A DNA stretch of 64,000 nt from Octopus vulgaris (taxonomy: Eukaryota), in contig OX597814.1 of the NCBI GenBank assembly GCA_951406725.2, forward strand, positions 194,122,001-194,186,000, read 5' to 3'. Each line of letters opens with the position of its first letter. The stretch's first letter is position 1. Shown one piece after another: positions 1 to 12,774 of the stretch. Under the pieces are notes generated by a model, which was not told the origin of the DNA, ran no database searches, and saw nothing but the letters and a program-made list of their open reading frames with translations. The position numbers and the translations under genes are program-made.

Positions 1-105
1 AAGTGCCATGTTTGGGTAGGAAAACTGGCTTGGGTTTTCAGCAAAAGCAAAATGATGTATTATTACCGGTGATTCATCCTGGAGAGCATTGCCAAGGAAT
101 AATGG
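1..105 (-). CDS. B3GLCT: B3GLCT coding exon 6, truncated by the window edge (PLFLGNALQDESPVIIHHFAFAENPSQFSYPNMAL)
   Basis: tctgtttcag acceptor ending at 106, phase 0. Resembles human as recalled ([32 protein letters not shown]). Confidence 0.93.
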
Positions 106-139
106 CTGAAACAGAAGACAAAGAGACATATATTTTGGA

Positions 140-634
140 ATCGAAATTGAACCAATCCTATGACTGGCACCCGGCAGTTACCAGTGCCGCTGGACTGACT
201 CTTGTGCAGGTGGCAAGTAAAGAAACACCGTTTCTACCCTGTGCTTGAGGATACCTATTGAGTCAAGTATACCGACATAAAAAAATCAATGGAAATTGTA
301 GTTGTGATCCCTGTGCCGGTGGCACGTAAAAAGTACCATCCGAACATGGCCGATGCCAGCACTGCCTTGACTGGCTTCCGTGCTGGTGGCACATAGAAGG
401 CACCAATCCGATCGTGGCCATTGCCGGCCTCGCCTGGCACCCGTGCCGGTGGCACGTAAAAAGCACCCACTTACACTCACGGAGTGGTTGGCGTTAGGAA
501 GGGCATCCAGTTGTAGAAACTCTGCTAGATCAGACTGGAGTCTGATGCAGCCTTCTGGCTTCCCAGATCCCGGTCGAACCGTCCAACCCATACTAGCATG
601 GAGAACAGACGTTAAATGATGATGATGATGATGA
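140..634 (+). mobile_element. RTE-LINE 3' UTR-derived repeat with internal tandem units and (GAT)n tail (representative copy)
   Basis: Repeated gtgccggtggcacgtaaaaagcacc units, then ggcgttaggaagggcatccag...ggacgttaaa(tga)n. Other copies near 2720-2968, 7640-7820, 7880-8336, 9355-9790, 16070-16580, 18275-18763, 24943-25252, 25585-25865, 62300-62615. At 24450-24690 it follows an RTE ORF end directly. Confidence 0.75.
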
Positions 635-649
635 TATATGTCATTCACA

Positions 650-978
650 GTTTTACAAAGTCAGAAAACAGCACAGCTCCCATGACTTTAGGAAACATTT
701 TTTCACGCTAAGAGTTGCTGAAGTATGGAACAAACTGCCGGCATCAGTTGTTAGTTGTCGGAGCACTGCATCCTTCAAAACTTCCATGCTTCCTGAGATT
801 CGCCAACACTACACCTGATTTTCTCCCCTCCATACACACGCAAGCATGTATCTGACTCATACACTGTTCACTTCCCAGACATTTGTACATTACTGCATAT
901 TCTTTATAAGCACTTTTGACAAGTTGTGGGGCACCTGAGCACTGTATACAATAATTTCATTATTATTATTATATTATA
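650..978 (+). mobile_element. CR1-like LINE 3' end
   Basis: Translates YKVRKQHSSHDFRKHFFTLRVAEVWNKLPASVVSCRSTASFK (FFxxRVxxxWNxLP motif), followed by a 3' UTR and (ATT)n tail. Confidence 0.8.
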
Positions 979-1242
979 TTATATTCATCATCATCATCAT
1001 TATCGTTAACGTCCACTTTCCATGCTTGTATGGGTGGGACAGTTTCACAAGAGCCTGTCAGGCAGAAGTCTGCACTAGACTTCCGTGACTGTTTTGGCAG
1101 GATTTTTACAGCTGAATGCCCTTCCTAACACCAACCACTCAACAGAGTGGACTTAGTGCTTTTTACATGGCACAAGCACAGGTGAGGTCAGTTTTGGCAT
1201 GGTTTTTACAGCTGGGTGCCCTTCTGAACACCAACCACTTTA

Positions 1243-1594
1243 ATACAGTTCTATATTTAAGAGAGGTGGAATTATGTACATCATTTACATTATTTACTTT
1301 CGACAGATATTTGTCCTCATCTTGTTTGTTAACATAACATATGCCCACAGGCATATGGCGTAGTGGTTAAGAGCGTGGGCTACTAACCCCAAGATTCCGA
1401 GCTTGATTCCAAGCACTGACCTGAAAAATCATAATAATACTAATAATAATAAGATCGAAAAATACCTTGGGAATGAGAACCCAGGTTTGAAATTTCCCCA
1501 AAACACCTGAAGAATGCTGGAGGTTATATCAGCTGAAACGTTATGTTAACAACAAACAAGATGAGGACAAATATCCGTCGAATGTAAATAATGT
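1243..1594 (+). mobile_element. tRNA-headed, hammerhead-containing Penelope-like non-autonomous element
   Basis: 13-bp TSD ACCAACCACTTTA (1230-1242 and 1595-1607); tRNA-like head ~1351-1420; CTGAAGA...GAAAC core ~1507-1539; 5' part is an inverted copy of the 3' end. Confidence 0.65.
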
Positions 1595-3069
1595 ACCAAC
1601 CACTTTACAGTGTGGACTGGGTGCTTTTAAGTGGCACCTGCACTGACAGGGTCACTAAGTACTTGCAAGACAAAAAATAAAAGAAAAAAAAAACTAAATT
1701 TTGCAAAAGAATATATATCAGTATATCTGTCTTGCATTTCTTATTTCTTTATTGCCCACAAGGGGCTAAACATAGAGGGGACAAACAAGGACAAACAAAG
1801 GGATTAAGTTGATTACAACGACCCCAGTGCGTAACTGGTACTTATTTAATCGACCCCGAAAAGATGAAAGGCAAAGTCGACCTCGGCGGAATTTGAACTC
1901 AGAACGTAAAGACAGATGAAATACCTATTTCTTTTACTACCCACAAGGGGCTAAACACAGAGAGGACAAACAAAGACAGACAAACGGATTAAGTCGATTA
2001 GATCAACTCCAGTGCATAACTGGTACTTATTTAATCGACCCTGAAAGGATGAAAAGCAAAGTCGACCTCGGTGGAATTTGAACTCAGAATGTAGCGACAG
2101 ACGAAACACTGCTAAGCATTTCGCCCGGCGCGCTAACGTTTCTGCCAGCTCGCCACCTTAATTCTGTATTCTTCTTAATTCTTAATTCTTCTGTTCTATT
2201 CTATAAACCTTGTAGTACAAATAGATTTCTGATCTACTTCAATGCAATGTAAATCAATACAGTACTAAAACTACTTAAAAGATAATACAAAACCAAGCAA
2301 TTTATAAGCTTAAGTTACTGAGACAGATTGTAATAAAATAGGCATCAAAGCAAAAGAAAAAAAATCAAAGCAGACACATACACACACATTCACACATGTA
2401 AACGCAGACATGTTTACATATGTCATACACATACATCCAGCCAAGCCGTCACCACACACGCACGCACACACAGATGGTACAGGTGTCAAACACATGTACC
2501 AAGCAGACACTTTGCTATTAGTAAGACAGTGGGAAGGGGGAAGGAGATAGCATCCATGAATATCTTGTGCTTTCCTGTCACAATCTGAACCTGATGAATG
2601 CTTAAGTGCAAAGAAGCATACTAGTTCAATGAGAATAGACATTTGATATTTGATTTTCAATATTTCATTCGTTCAATAAGACAATCAATACTTCATTTCA
2701 TTTCTTTCTTGCTATATATTCTATGGCACGAAAAAAGCACCAACCGATCATGGCTGTTACCAGCCTCGCCTGGCACCTGTGCCACGTAAAAAGCACCCAC
2801 TACACTGACGGAGTGGTTGGCGTTAGGAAGGGCATCCAGCTGTAGAAACACTGCCAAATCAGACTAGAGCCTGGGGCAGTCTCCTGGCTTCCCAGACCCC
2901 AGTTGAACCGTCCAACCCATGCTAACATGGAAAGCGGACGTTAAATGATGATGATGAAGATGATGATATATTAATATTATAAGAATATAAATAAAACATA
3001 AAAAACAGACAGATTTGGAATTCCTTTGAGTAATATATTCTTCTATATACAATCATATAAACCCCTTTG

Positions 3070-3119
<50 letters not shown>

Positions 3120-4189
3120 CGTGTATACATTTGTGAGTCTGTGTTTGTCCCACCACCACCACCATCACTTGACAACCAATGTTGGTGTGTTTACATCCCC
3201 ATAACTTAGCGGTTTGGTAAAATATACCAATAGGCGAGCTGGTAGAAACGTTAGCATGCTGGGCAAAATGCTTAGTGGTATTTCGTCTGTTATGTTCTGA
3301 GTTCAAACTCCACTGAGGTCGACTTTGCCTTTCATCCTTTCGGGGACGATAAATAAAGTACCAGTTTCACACTGGGGTCGATGTAATTGACTCAATCCGT
3401 TTGTCTGTTCTTGTTTGTCCCCTCTGTGTGTAGCCCCTTGTGGGTAGTAAAGAAATATATACCAATAGGATAAGTACTAGGGTCAATTTGTTCGACTAAA
3501 GGCGGTGCTCTAGCATAGCCATAGTCAAATGAATGAAACAAGTAAGAGAATAAAAGCATATTTACATGCATATGAATGTATTACATGATGATGATGATGA
3601 TATACAAACATAAATCAGCTAAAAAAAAACACATGATAAGGAAGGATTACAGTCAAGTGAGTCTAGTACATTAATGATTTGTTAACATTACAGAAAACGA
3701 AACCACAAAAATTGGGTGACAGACAGACAAACAGAGAGAGGGTGGGGAAGACAAAATCATTTAATCTGCCTGTCTTCCACCACAATTCTCTACTTCTCAC
3801 ACACTTCTATTTTCTACAGTTCTACAACATTCCAATATTTCACTGAAAGGAATGTCATGCTGTTCTATCTTCACTTCCTGCTTTTCTCCACATCTTCAAT
3901 CAAAATACCAGATTCTAACATTACAATGTCTCTGACTAATGACAGCAATAACACATATTGCTCCCAAGAGACTTCAGGAAGTGATGAAACACAAGTGGTT
4001 CTTCCTGCTGAGTGACTGGTGCCAGAGAAATAAGATAACCAAAGTGACAAATCTTAATGGTGTTAACTGTGGCTGATTTTGTAGAACATTTGTTGAGATG
4101 TGAAGATTAAGATTTGAGCGAGTGGTATTCCTTTCACAACCGACAACACTTTCAGCATGTTTAAGAGATATTCTGTTTCCTCAAACACA

Positions 4190-4995
4190 AACGTACTCAC
4201 ACACACCACACATACTCGTACGCATGCACACACTCGTATGCATGTGCACATACACACATATATACACATACTCGTACGCATGTACACACACACACTCATA
4301 CGCATGTACACAAACACACGTACGCATGCACACACACACACGTATGCATCCATACACACACGTGTATGTGCATCCACACATACACCTGTGCATCCATACA
4401 CACGTATGCATCCAGATACATATGCAGCCACACACGCATGCATTGACACATGTGCATCCACACACACGTACGCATGCATCCACACACACACATACACATG
4501 TGTGTCTACACGCACACACGCATGCACACATCCACACACGCACACACACACGCATGCATGCATCACACACACACACACACGCATGCATGCATCCACACAC
4601 ACACGCATGCATGCATCCACACACACACACGCATGCATCCACACACACGCATGCATGCATCCACACACACACACGCATGCATGCATCCACACACACACAC
4701 ACGCATGCATCCACACACACACGCATGCATCCACACACACACACACACACGCATGCACGCATCCACACACACACACGCATGCATCCACACACACACACAC
4801 ACACACACACACGCATGCATCCACACACACACACACACACGCATGCATGCATCCACACACACGCATGCATGCATCCACACACACGCATGCATGCATCCAC
4901 ACACACACGCATGCATCCACACACACACACACACACATATCCACACACAAGCATACAAGCATGCATCCACAGACACGAATGCATGCACACACACT
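4190..4995. repeat. Compound minisatellite (GCAT)2-3 C (CA)n
   Basis: About 800 bp of gcatgcatccacacacacac units; source of many spurious HT/CV ORFs. Confidence 0.95.
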
Positions 4996-5967
4996 CTTAT
5001 GCACACATGCACGTGCATTGCAAGCATGGCTTTGTGGTTAACAAGCTTGCTTCCCAACCATGTGTTTTTGAGTTCAATCTCACTATGCAGCATTTTGGGT
5101 GTCTCCCTCTATAACCATGGGCCAACCAACAGTCTAGGAGTGAGTTAGGTAGACAGGAAGTCTGTGGAAGCCTTTTGTACAAGGGGGTTGGGCTATGTAT
5201 CAATTTGTTTATATCCCCATAACATAGCCCTTCGCAAAGGGATCAGCAGAATAAATATCACATGTAAATTATTAAACAAGTGTTGGGGGTCAATTTGGCT
5301 GACTAAACCCTTCAAGGGGGGCACCCCAGCATGGCCACAACAACAGAACCAAGTAAAAGAATAAAAGTGTATATATATGTGTGTGTGTGTGTGTGTGTAG
5401 GCACAAGAGTGATGTGTGGTAAGTAGCTTGCTTACCAACCACATGGTTCTGGGTTCAGTCCCACTGCGTGACACCTTTGGCAAGTGTCTTCTACTATAGC
5501 CTCAGGCCTACCAAAGTCTTGTAAGTGGATTTGGTAGGCAAATACTGAAAGAAGCCCATCGCATGCGCGTGCGTGTATGTATATATACAAGCAAAACGCC
5601 CCCACCCCCAGTCCAATGGACGGTGCTGAGTTGTCAAACATTTAAACCATATTTTCTCAAAACAACTTGTCCAACCGTCCCATAGGCCTCCCCTTTGAAA
5701 AAAGGTCATTGTGATTCACTTTATTAATCATAACATTCTGCCATGAGCTGGTAGAAACGTTAGTATGCCAAGCGAAATGCTTAGCGGTGGTATTTCGTCT
5801 GTCTTTACATTCTGAGTTCAAATTCCACCAAGGTTTCGACTTTGCCTTTCATCCTTTTGGGGTCAATAGATTAAGTACCAGTTGCATACTGGGGTCAATC
5901 AAATCAACTGACTCCTTCCCCAAAAGTGTTGGGCCTTGTACCTAGAGTAGAGAAGATTCTTCTTTAA

Positions 5968-6426
5968 CCCTTTTGTTACCATATTTATTTTGAGATGCTC
6001 TGTGTTTCTTTCAATTGATTTTAAATATAACAAAGAATTTAGTAAAATGACTTAGTTATCATTCAGCTGGTGTTAGAAACATAAATTGTGACTAAGGTTT
6101 GGTGGAAGATTTTAATTCAAAACTTATGAAAACAAGACATTTATACTACAGAGCCAGAGTAGTCACAAAAACCTTAGTCACAATTTATGTTTCTTAAACT
6201 AGCTTAATGATAACTAAGTCATTTTACTAAATTCTTTGTTATATTTAAAATCACTTAAAAGAAGCACAGAGCATCTCAATAAAAATATGGCAACAAAAGG
6301 GTTAAAGAAGAATCTTCTCTTCTCTAGGTACAAGGCCCAACATTTTTGGGAAAGGGACGAGTTGATTAGATTGACCCCTGTATGCAACTGGTACTTAATT
6401 TATTGACCGGGTTGGTATCGAAAGGG
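5968..6426. mobile_element. piggyBac-type MITE containing an internal inverted duplication
   Basis: TTAA|CCCTTT...AAAGGG|TTAA; 6169-6408 is the reverse complement of ~5861-6100. Confidence 0.75.
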
Positions 6427-6779
6427 TTAAACCTCTCTAGAGTCTTGCATGCATTATCCTGGCCTCTTCAGATGCTTTCACTCCACTCCACACATACATA
6501 TCTTCATCATTTTAACTCAACTTTTCCATGCTGGCATGGGGCGGATAGAGTTTACTGAGGTAGAATTTTCTATGGCCAAGTTCTATGCCCTTCCCATAAC
6601 AAGCCCTCACCTGCTTCCAAGCAAGGTAATATTTCTCCATGGCCAAACATGCACTGATAGAAAATTGAAAATGAACCACACTGCTTGTATGGCAGTGACA
6701 TTCACTTACATGTATATTGGAGGGGGGGTGCGTGAAACAAGTAAAAATGCGTATAACAGCATAGCTGTACAAGACCTAC

Positions 6780-6888
6780 CTTAGATGAATCATATCGCTT
6801 CAAAACATCCAACAGCTTAAAGAAGTCCAGACGAACTTCTTCTTCACTTATGAAAACCCAAGAATTATTTGAGAAATTTTCCACAAAG
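6780..6888 (-). CDS. B3GLCT: B3GLCT coding exon 5 (DFVENFSNNSWVFISEEEVRLDFFKLLDVLKRYDSSK)
   Basis: ttttttag acceptor, AAG|gtaggt donor; 109 nt, phase 2-0. Resembles human as recalled ([29 protein letters not shown]). Confidence 0.93.
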
Positions 6889-7405
6889 CTAAAAAAACAA
6901 CAAGAGAGAGAGGGAGAGACATATTGTGAAAAACAAGGGGTTTTTTTTTGGTTTGATAATGACAATTACCTATTTCTTTATTACCCCACAAGGGACTAAA
7001 CAGAGAGGGGACAAACAAGGACAGACATAGGTATTAAGTCAATTACATCGACCCCAGTGCGTAACTGGTACTTAATTTATTGACCCCAAAAGGATGAAAG
7101 GCAAAGTCGACCTCGGCAGAATTTGAACTCACAGCGTTGCGACAGGCGAAATACCGCAAAGCATTTCACCCGGCACACTAACGTTTCTGCCAGCTCGCCA
7201 CCTTATAATGATAAATTACCATTAAAGCAAGACATTGGACTACTGGAGTACATCAGGGTATGTATTAACACCTGAGAATGCAGTCTATCCAATATAGAAC
7301 TGTCTACCTGTTTTGGGGAGCAAGCCACATGAGATATGGCTCATCAGACAAACCACAGGTGACATGATACATGAGCAGACCACATGACACATAGTTCATC
7401 AGATG

Positions 7406-7444
<39 letters not shown>

Positions 7445-9926
7445 TACAAAATTAGAAAATGGAGAAACATACTTAAATCAATAAAACATCAACTATCAGA
7501 TGATACCCAATCAATACTTTATTACACCATTACATATCAGTAAAGGCATTATACAAAATATATAGTAAATATAAATAGACAAGGAAATAGAAATATAAAA
7601 TATAAAATATAATATGTAATTATATCATATCTGATATATCATCATCATCATTATTTAACATCCGTTTTCCATGCTGGCATGGGTTGGATGGTTTGACTGA
7701 AAACTGGTAAGCTGGGACGCTGCACCAGGTACCAATCTGATTTGGCATGGTTTCTTCAGTTGGATGCCCTCCCTAGCACCAACCACTCCAAGAGTGTAAT
7801 GGGTGCTTTTTATGCACCACCAGTTACAAGTATATTGCCAACCATTTGTCACTGCCTGGGATCTTTTGCTGAACCGCTAATTCGATGACAGCGCAGCATG
7901 ACTAGCATCCATGCTAAGAGCACCATCTGAGATGATCGCTGCCAGGGCAGCTGACTGGCTTCCGTGCCAGTGGCACGTAAAAAGCACCGTTCGAGTGTGA
8001 TCATTACCAGCGTTGCCTTACTGGCACTTGTGCCAGTGGCACTTGAAAAAACATTTGAGCGAGGTCATTGCCAGTGTCGCTGGACTGGCTCCTGTGCAAT
8101 GGCACATAAAAAACACCATTTGAGCATGGACGTTGCCAAAACTGCCTGACTGGCCATCATGCTGGTGGCACCCACTACACTCTTGGAGTGGTTGGTGTTA
8201 GGAAGAGCATCCAGCTGTAGAAACTCTGCCAGATCAGATTGGAGCCTGGTACAGCCATCTGGTTCGCCAGTCCTCAGTCAAATCGTCCAACCCATGCTAG
8301 CATGGAAAGCGGACGTTAAACGATGATGATGATGATATTATACATACACACAGACACACACATATATACACATACATTATAAGCCTCCACACAGTTTCCA
8401 TTTACCAAATTCACTCACAAAGCATTGGTCACTCTGAAGCTATATAGTAAAAGATACATGCCCAAGGTACAAGGCAGTGGGACTGAACCCCAAAACCACA
8501 CAGCTATGCCGGCACCTATCAAGCAAGAGTTATTTAAAAAAAAAAAAAAACTTTCTTTTTTTCTATCCAAAATTCTATTTTCCTTTTATTTGTTATTGTA
8601 GCCCAGCTTTATTCAGCATGTCTTGTAATGAGTAACATATTCTATACATAGCATGACATCAATTGCATAAAAAATTACATATGTTAGAAATATGTTCAAC
8701 TATGTTATGGAAGGCGGCAAGCTGGCAGAAATATTAGCACGCCAGGCAAAATGCTTAGCAGTATTTTGTCTGACTTTATGTTCTGAGTTTAAATTCTTAC
8801 GAGGTCGACTTTGCCTTTCATCCTTTCAGGGTTGATAAATTAAGTACCAGTTGTGTACTGGGGTCGATCAAATTGACTGGTCCCCTCCCCAAAAATTTCG
8901 GGCCTTGTGCCTAGAGTAGAAAAGAATATTTTAAGGATGCTAGCTGGCAGAAACATTAGCACGCCAAGCAAAATGCTTAGCGGTATTCCGTCTGTCTTTA
9001 GGTTCTGAGTTCAAATTCCACCAAGGTTGACTTTGCCTTTCATCCTTTCGGGGTTAATAAATTAAATACCAGTTGTGTACTGGGGTCGATCCAATCGACT
9101 GCCCCCCCCCCCCAAAAAAAAAAAATTGGGGGTCTTGTGCCCAAAGTAGAAAAGAATTATATGTCATGGATAAATAGATCTGAGATTTCTGCCATTTACT
9201 GATGATTATAAAAAATAGTTAATGGTACAGAATACAAGCTGTTAGTATTTACATAACAAAAAAAATAACATGTAGCGTATGTAGAAAATTACACACACAC
9301 ATGTACATAGCAACAAGATTCTATCACATTGACAACTATGATAGTCTTTGATTATCATCATCATCATCGTTTAACATCCGCTTTCCATGCTAGCATGGGT
9401 TGGACGATTTGACTGAGGACTGGCGAAGCAGATGGCTGCACCAGGCTCCAATCTGATCTGGCAGAGTTTCTACAGCTGGATGCTCTTCCTAACGCCAACC
9501 ACTCTGAGAGTGTAGTGGGTGCTTTTTTTTTACTTGCCACTGGCACGAGGGCCAGTCAGGCAGTACTGGCAACGGCCACACTCAAATGGTGTTTTTTTAT
9601 GTGCCACCTGCACAGGAGCCAGTCCAGCGGCACTGGCAACAACTTCACTCAAATGTTTTTTCATGTGTTACCAGCATTTTTATGTGCCACCAGCATGGAT
9701 GCCAGCCAGCTGTTTTGGCAATGATCACACTCAGATGGTGCTCTAAGCGCTGCACTGGCACTGGTGCCAGTCTTCAAATTTGATTTGATTATATAAAGTA
9801 TTGTTACCAATACATCTAAATAAATGCATTCACACACTCACACACATATTTACATAGTAACACATTTTCTGACAGACACTAACTGTTATAACATCATCAT
9901 CGTTTACCGTCCGCTTTCCATGCTAG

Positions 9927-10399
9927 TGTAGTGACATCATTTTCAAGTGTGCGTGTGCGGGATGTCATTCTTCAGTGTGCGGGGCTGGAACCTTCTGGAA
10001 AGGCCTAAGGAAGTTCCCTCATGCACATGCGCTAGAAACTGGGGGAGAAAATTCTATCGCGTTCCTTGTTAGCGTTGGTAACTTGAGACACGGCTATTGA
10101 AGAGAGAGGACGTATTTTTAAACGTGGGATCAGCCTATTCTCCTGTCCTAGACGCTTGGGATTTGACCTGCTCTGTTGCAGCTGAATTTGTTGTGAGGTT
10201 TATCTTACAAGTGTTAAACTTCAGCCTTGCTATATCGAACCAAGTGGTTACCAATATACCAATATGCCTTCTTTTGTAAACAAGTGTGCGTAACGTCATT
10301 CTTCCCCAATCTCTAGCGCATGTGCATGACGGAACTTCCTTAGGCCTTTCCAGAAGGTTCCAGCCCTACACACGCACACTTGAAAATGACGTCACTACA
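9927..10399. mobile_element. TGT...ACA element with long TIRs (Ginger-like MITE or palindromic solo LTR)
   Basis: Termini TGTAGTGAC/GTCACTACA, ~110-bp imperfect inverted repeats, 4-bp TSD CTAG; splits an RTE 3' UTR copy. Confidence 0.75.
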
Positions 10400-10650
10400 C
10401 TAGCATGGGTTGAACAGTTCAACTGGGGTCTGGGAAGCCAGGAGGCTGCATCAGGCCCAGTCTGGTCTGGCAGTGTTTCTACAGCTGGATGCCCTTCCTA
10501 ACGCCAACCACTCCATGAGTGTAGTGGGTGCTTTTTTATATGGTGAGATGAAGGGGCCTACTATCTCTAAATGAAAATATATATTTCTTCATTGAGAATA
10601 ATTTGAACCCCTGTTATGCCAGAATTTTTATTCCCTAACAAATAAAATAA

Positions 10651-10681
<31 letters not shown>

Positions 10682-10957
10682 GGAGGCGCAATGGCCCAAT
10701 GGTTAGGGCAGAGGACTCGTGGCCAGAGGATTGCGGTTTTGATTCCCAGACTGGGCGTTGTGTGTGTTTATTGAGCGAAAACACCTAAAGCTCCACAAGG
10801 CTCCGGCAGGGGGTGGTGATCCCTGCTTTACTCTTTCACCACTCTTTCATCTTAGCCAGCGGGGTGGCATCATTCGTACGCTAAAACAATTCAAACGCAT
10901 TGTGACCAGCGATGTGTAACAACATCTGATAGTCTGGTCGGCCACGTGATCACATGA
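10682..10957 (+). mobile_element. tRNA(Arg)-like SINE
   Basis: ggaggcgcaatggcccaatggttagggc...gattccc head. Related copies on the minus strand at 20345-20646 and 47270-47553. Confidence 0.75.
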
Positions 10958-10958
10958 T

Positions 10959-10991
<33 letters not shown>

Positions 10992-11381
10992 CAAACACAC
11001 ACACACACATTATGCATTAGCAAAAATGCTAGTCCTAAAATTTCTCTAAACGATCAACACAGTAGTTGTACAAACAAGTAATGTTCGTAGCCACATCAAT
11101 ATGGTAGGTAGGGGTTCACTTCCCTGCTTGCAATATCATGAATGCAGTTGTGCATCGTTAACCAGCTCGGGGAAATGTCCTCTTGGAGTTAAAAATCACA
11201 GTAAAGTCCATTCAAACAGGCAGCCATGTTGAAGTAGCTACGAACATTACTTCTCTCTCTCTCTATATATATATATAAATATATGTATATACATATATAT
11301 AATAATATGAGGGGATATTCAGAGAAGGAAGACGGAGAAAAAAAAAAAAAAAAAAAAAATCGCCAACGGTACACACGCAGT

Positions 11382-11429
<48 letters not shown>

Positions 11430-11507
11430 ACTGCGTGTGTACCGTTGGCATTTTTTTTTTTTTTTTTCTCCTCCGTCTTCCCTTCTCTGAATCTCTCCTT
11501 CTCCTAT

Positions 11508-11542
11508 GTTTCTGACGAAGAGCTCCACTTGAAACGTAAAAC
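11508..11542 (+). ncRNA. Minimal type I hammerhead ribozyme motif in a Penelope-like repeat
   Basis: gttt CTGACGA agagc-tcca-ctt GAAAC GTA aaac. Related copy on the minus strand at 13722-13756. Confidence 0.65.
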
Positions 11543-12051
11543 CCTCCTTCTTCCCTTCCTTCTTGAGCGTCCAATAATACTATATTTGTTCCACATCCTC
11601 ACGTTGTTGTGTTTTCTCTTTGTGTTTTCATGTTTGGATTAACTTTATATATATATATATATATATATTATATTTTGTGAAATTTGATTTAGTATTTCTA
11701 AATTGAATTTTTCCCTGTTATTTTGGAATAATATCCCCTCATATTATTATATATATGTATATACATAAATTTATATATATATATAGAGAGAGAGAGAAGT
11801 AATGTTCGTAGCTACTTCAACATGGCTGCCTGTTTGAATGGACTTTACTGTGATTTTTAACTCCAAGAGGACATTTCCCCGAGCTGGTTAACGATGCACA
11901 ACTGCATTCATGATATTGCAAGCAGGGAAGTGAACCCCTACCTACCATATTGATGTGGCTACGAACATTACTTGTTTGTACAACTACTGTGTTGATCGTT
12001 TAGAGAAATTTTAGGACTAGCATTTTTGCTAATGCATAATGTGTGTGTGTT

Positions 12052-12103
<52 letters not shown>

Positions 12104-12464
12104 TAGCCACTCTTTATCAATTCAATAATGAAAAATTAAATTATACCATTTAGAAAAATTACATATTATAGAAAGATTAAATACAAGATAAAACATAACA
12201 ATGATTAATAAAACGTATATATTTGGTAGAATAACGACACGCGTTTTGTGGCTATATTTAAGAAATGATAATAGTAATAATAATAGTAGTAGTAGTAGTA
12301 AAATCACTTAAATATAAATATAGCCACTCTTCAGGTTAAAGATAACAACAATAAAATAATTAGATAAATTAATAAATATACGTAAATAATCTTGTAAAAT
12401 ACGAAATATCTTAAATATATTCTTGTTTAAAAATAAGATACAATTAATTAAAATATTTAAAACA

Positions 12465-12517
<53 letters not shown>

Positions 12518-12774
12518 ATACAAAATATACATTAAGTGAAAACTAAATACTATAATTTAAACTATATACATTAAATTAAATTATTAATTAATTTATTTAT
12601 TTATTTAATAAACATCTAAATAAAATCTTATATTCATTAAGTAATTTATATTAAAAACCTTAATGTTAAGTAATATACATAATGTTAGTACAAGCTATAA
12701 ATATTAGAGTTAAAAATAGGAAATAGTTCAAATATATACACACCGATTAGATAAACTAACTATATTATTAATGC

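Noticed and set aside
3716-4185. Unique-looking sequence with short ORFs inside B3GLCT intron 5
   Set aside because: No convincing splice pair or recognisable motif; exon 5 already joins exon 6 in frame with no gap against the recalled orthologue.
4063-5148. Long ORFs of 230-330 aa rich in HT/CV/CM
   Set aside because: Translations of the CA/GCAT minisatellite, open in several frames on both strands; the same applies to ORFs at 14359-14712, 23874-24341, 46558-47086 (beyond exon 1) and 51710-52204.
7930-8170. Regularly spaced repeats with variable spacers (CRISPR-like appearance)
   Set aside because: Eukaryotic context, no cas genes, spacers are related to each other; these are tandem units of the RTE 3' UTR.
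10682-10760. Possible tRNA genes (also 1351-1420, 12775-12845)
   Set aside because: No proper acceptor stem or clean cloverleaf; they continue into SINE bodies, so they are SINE heads.
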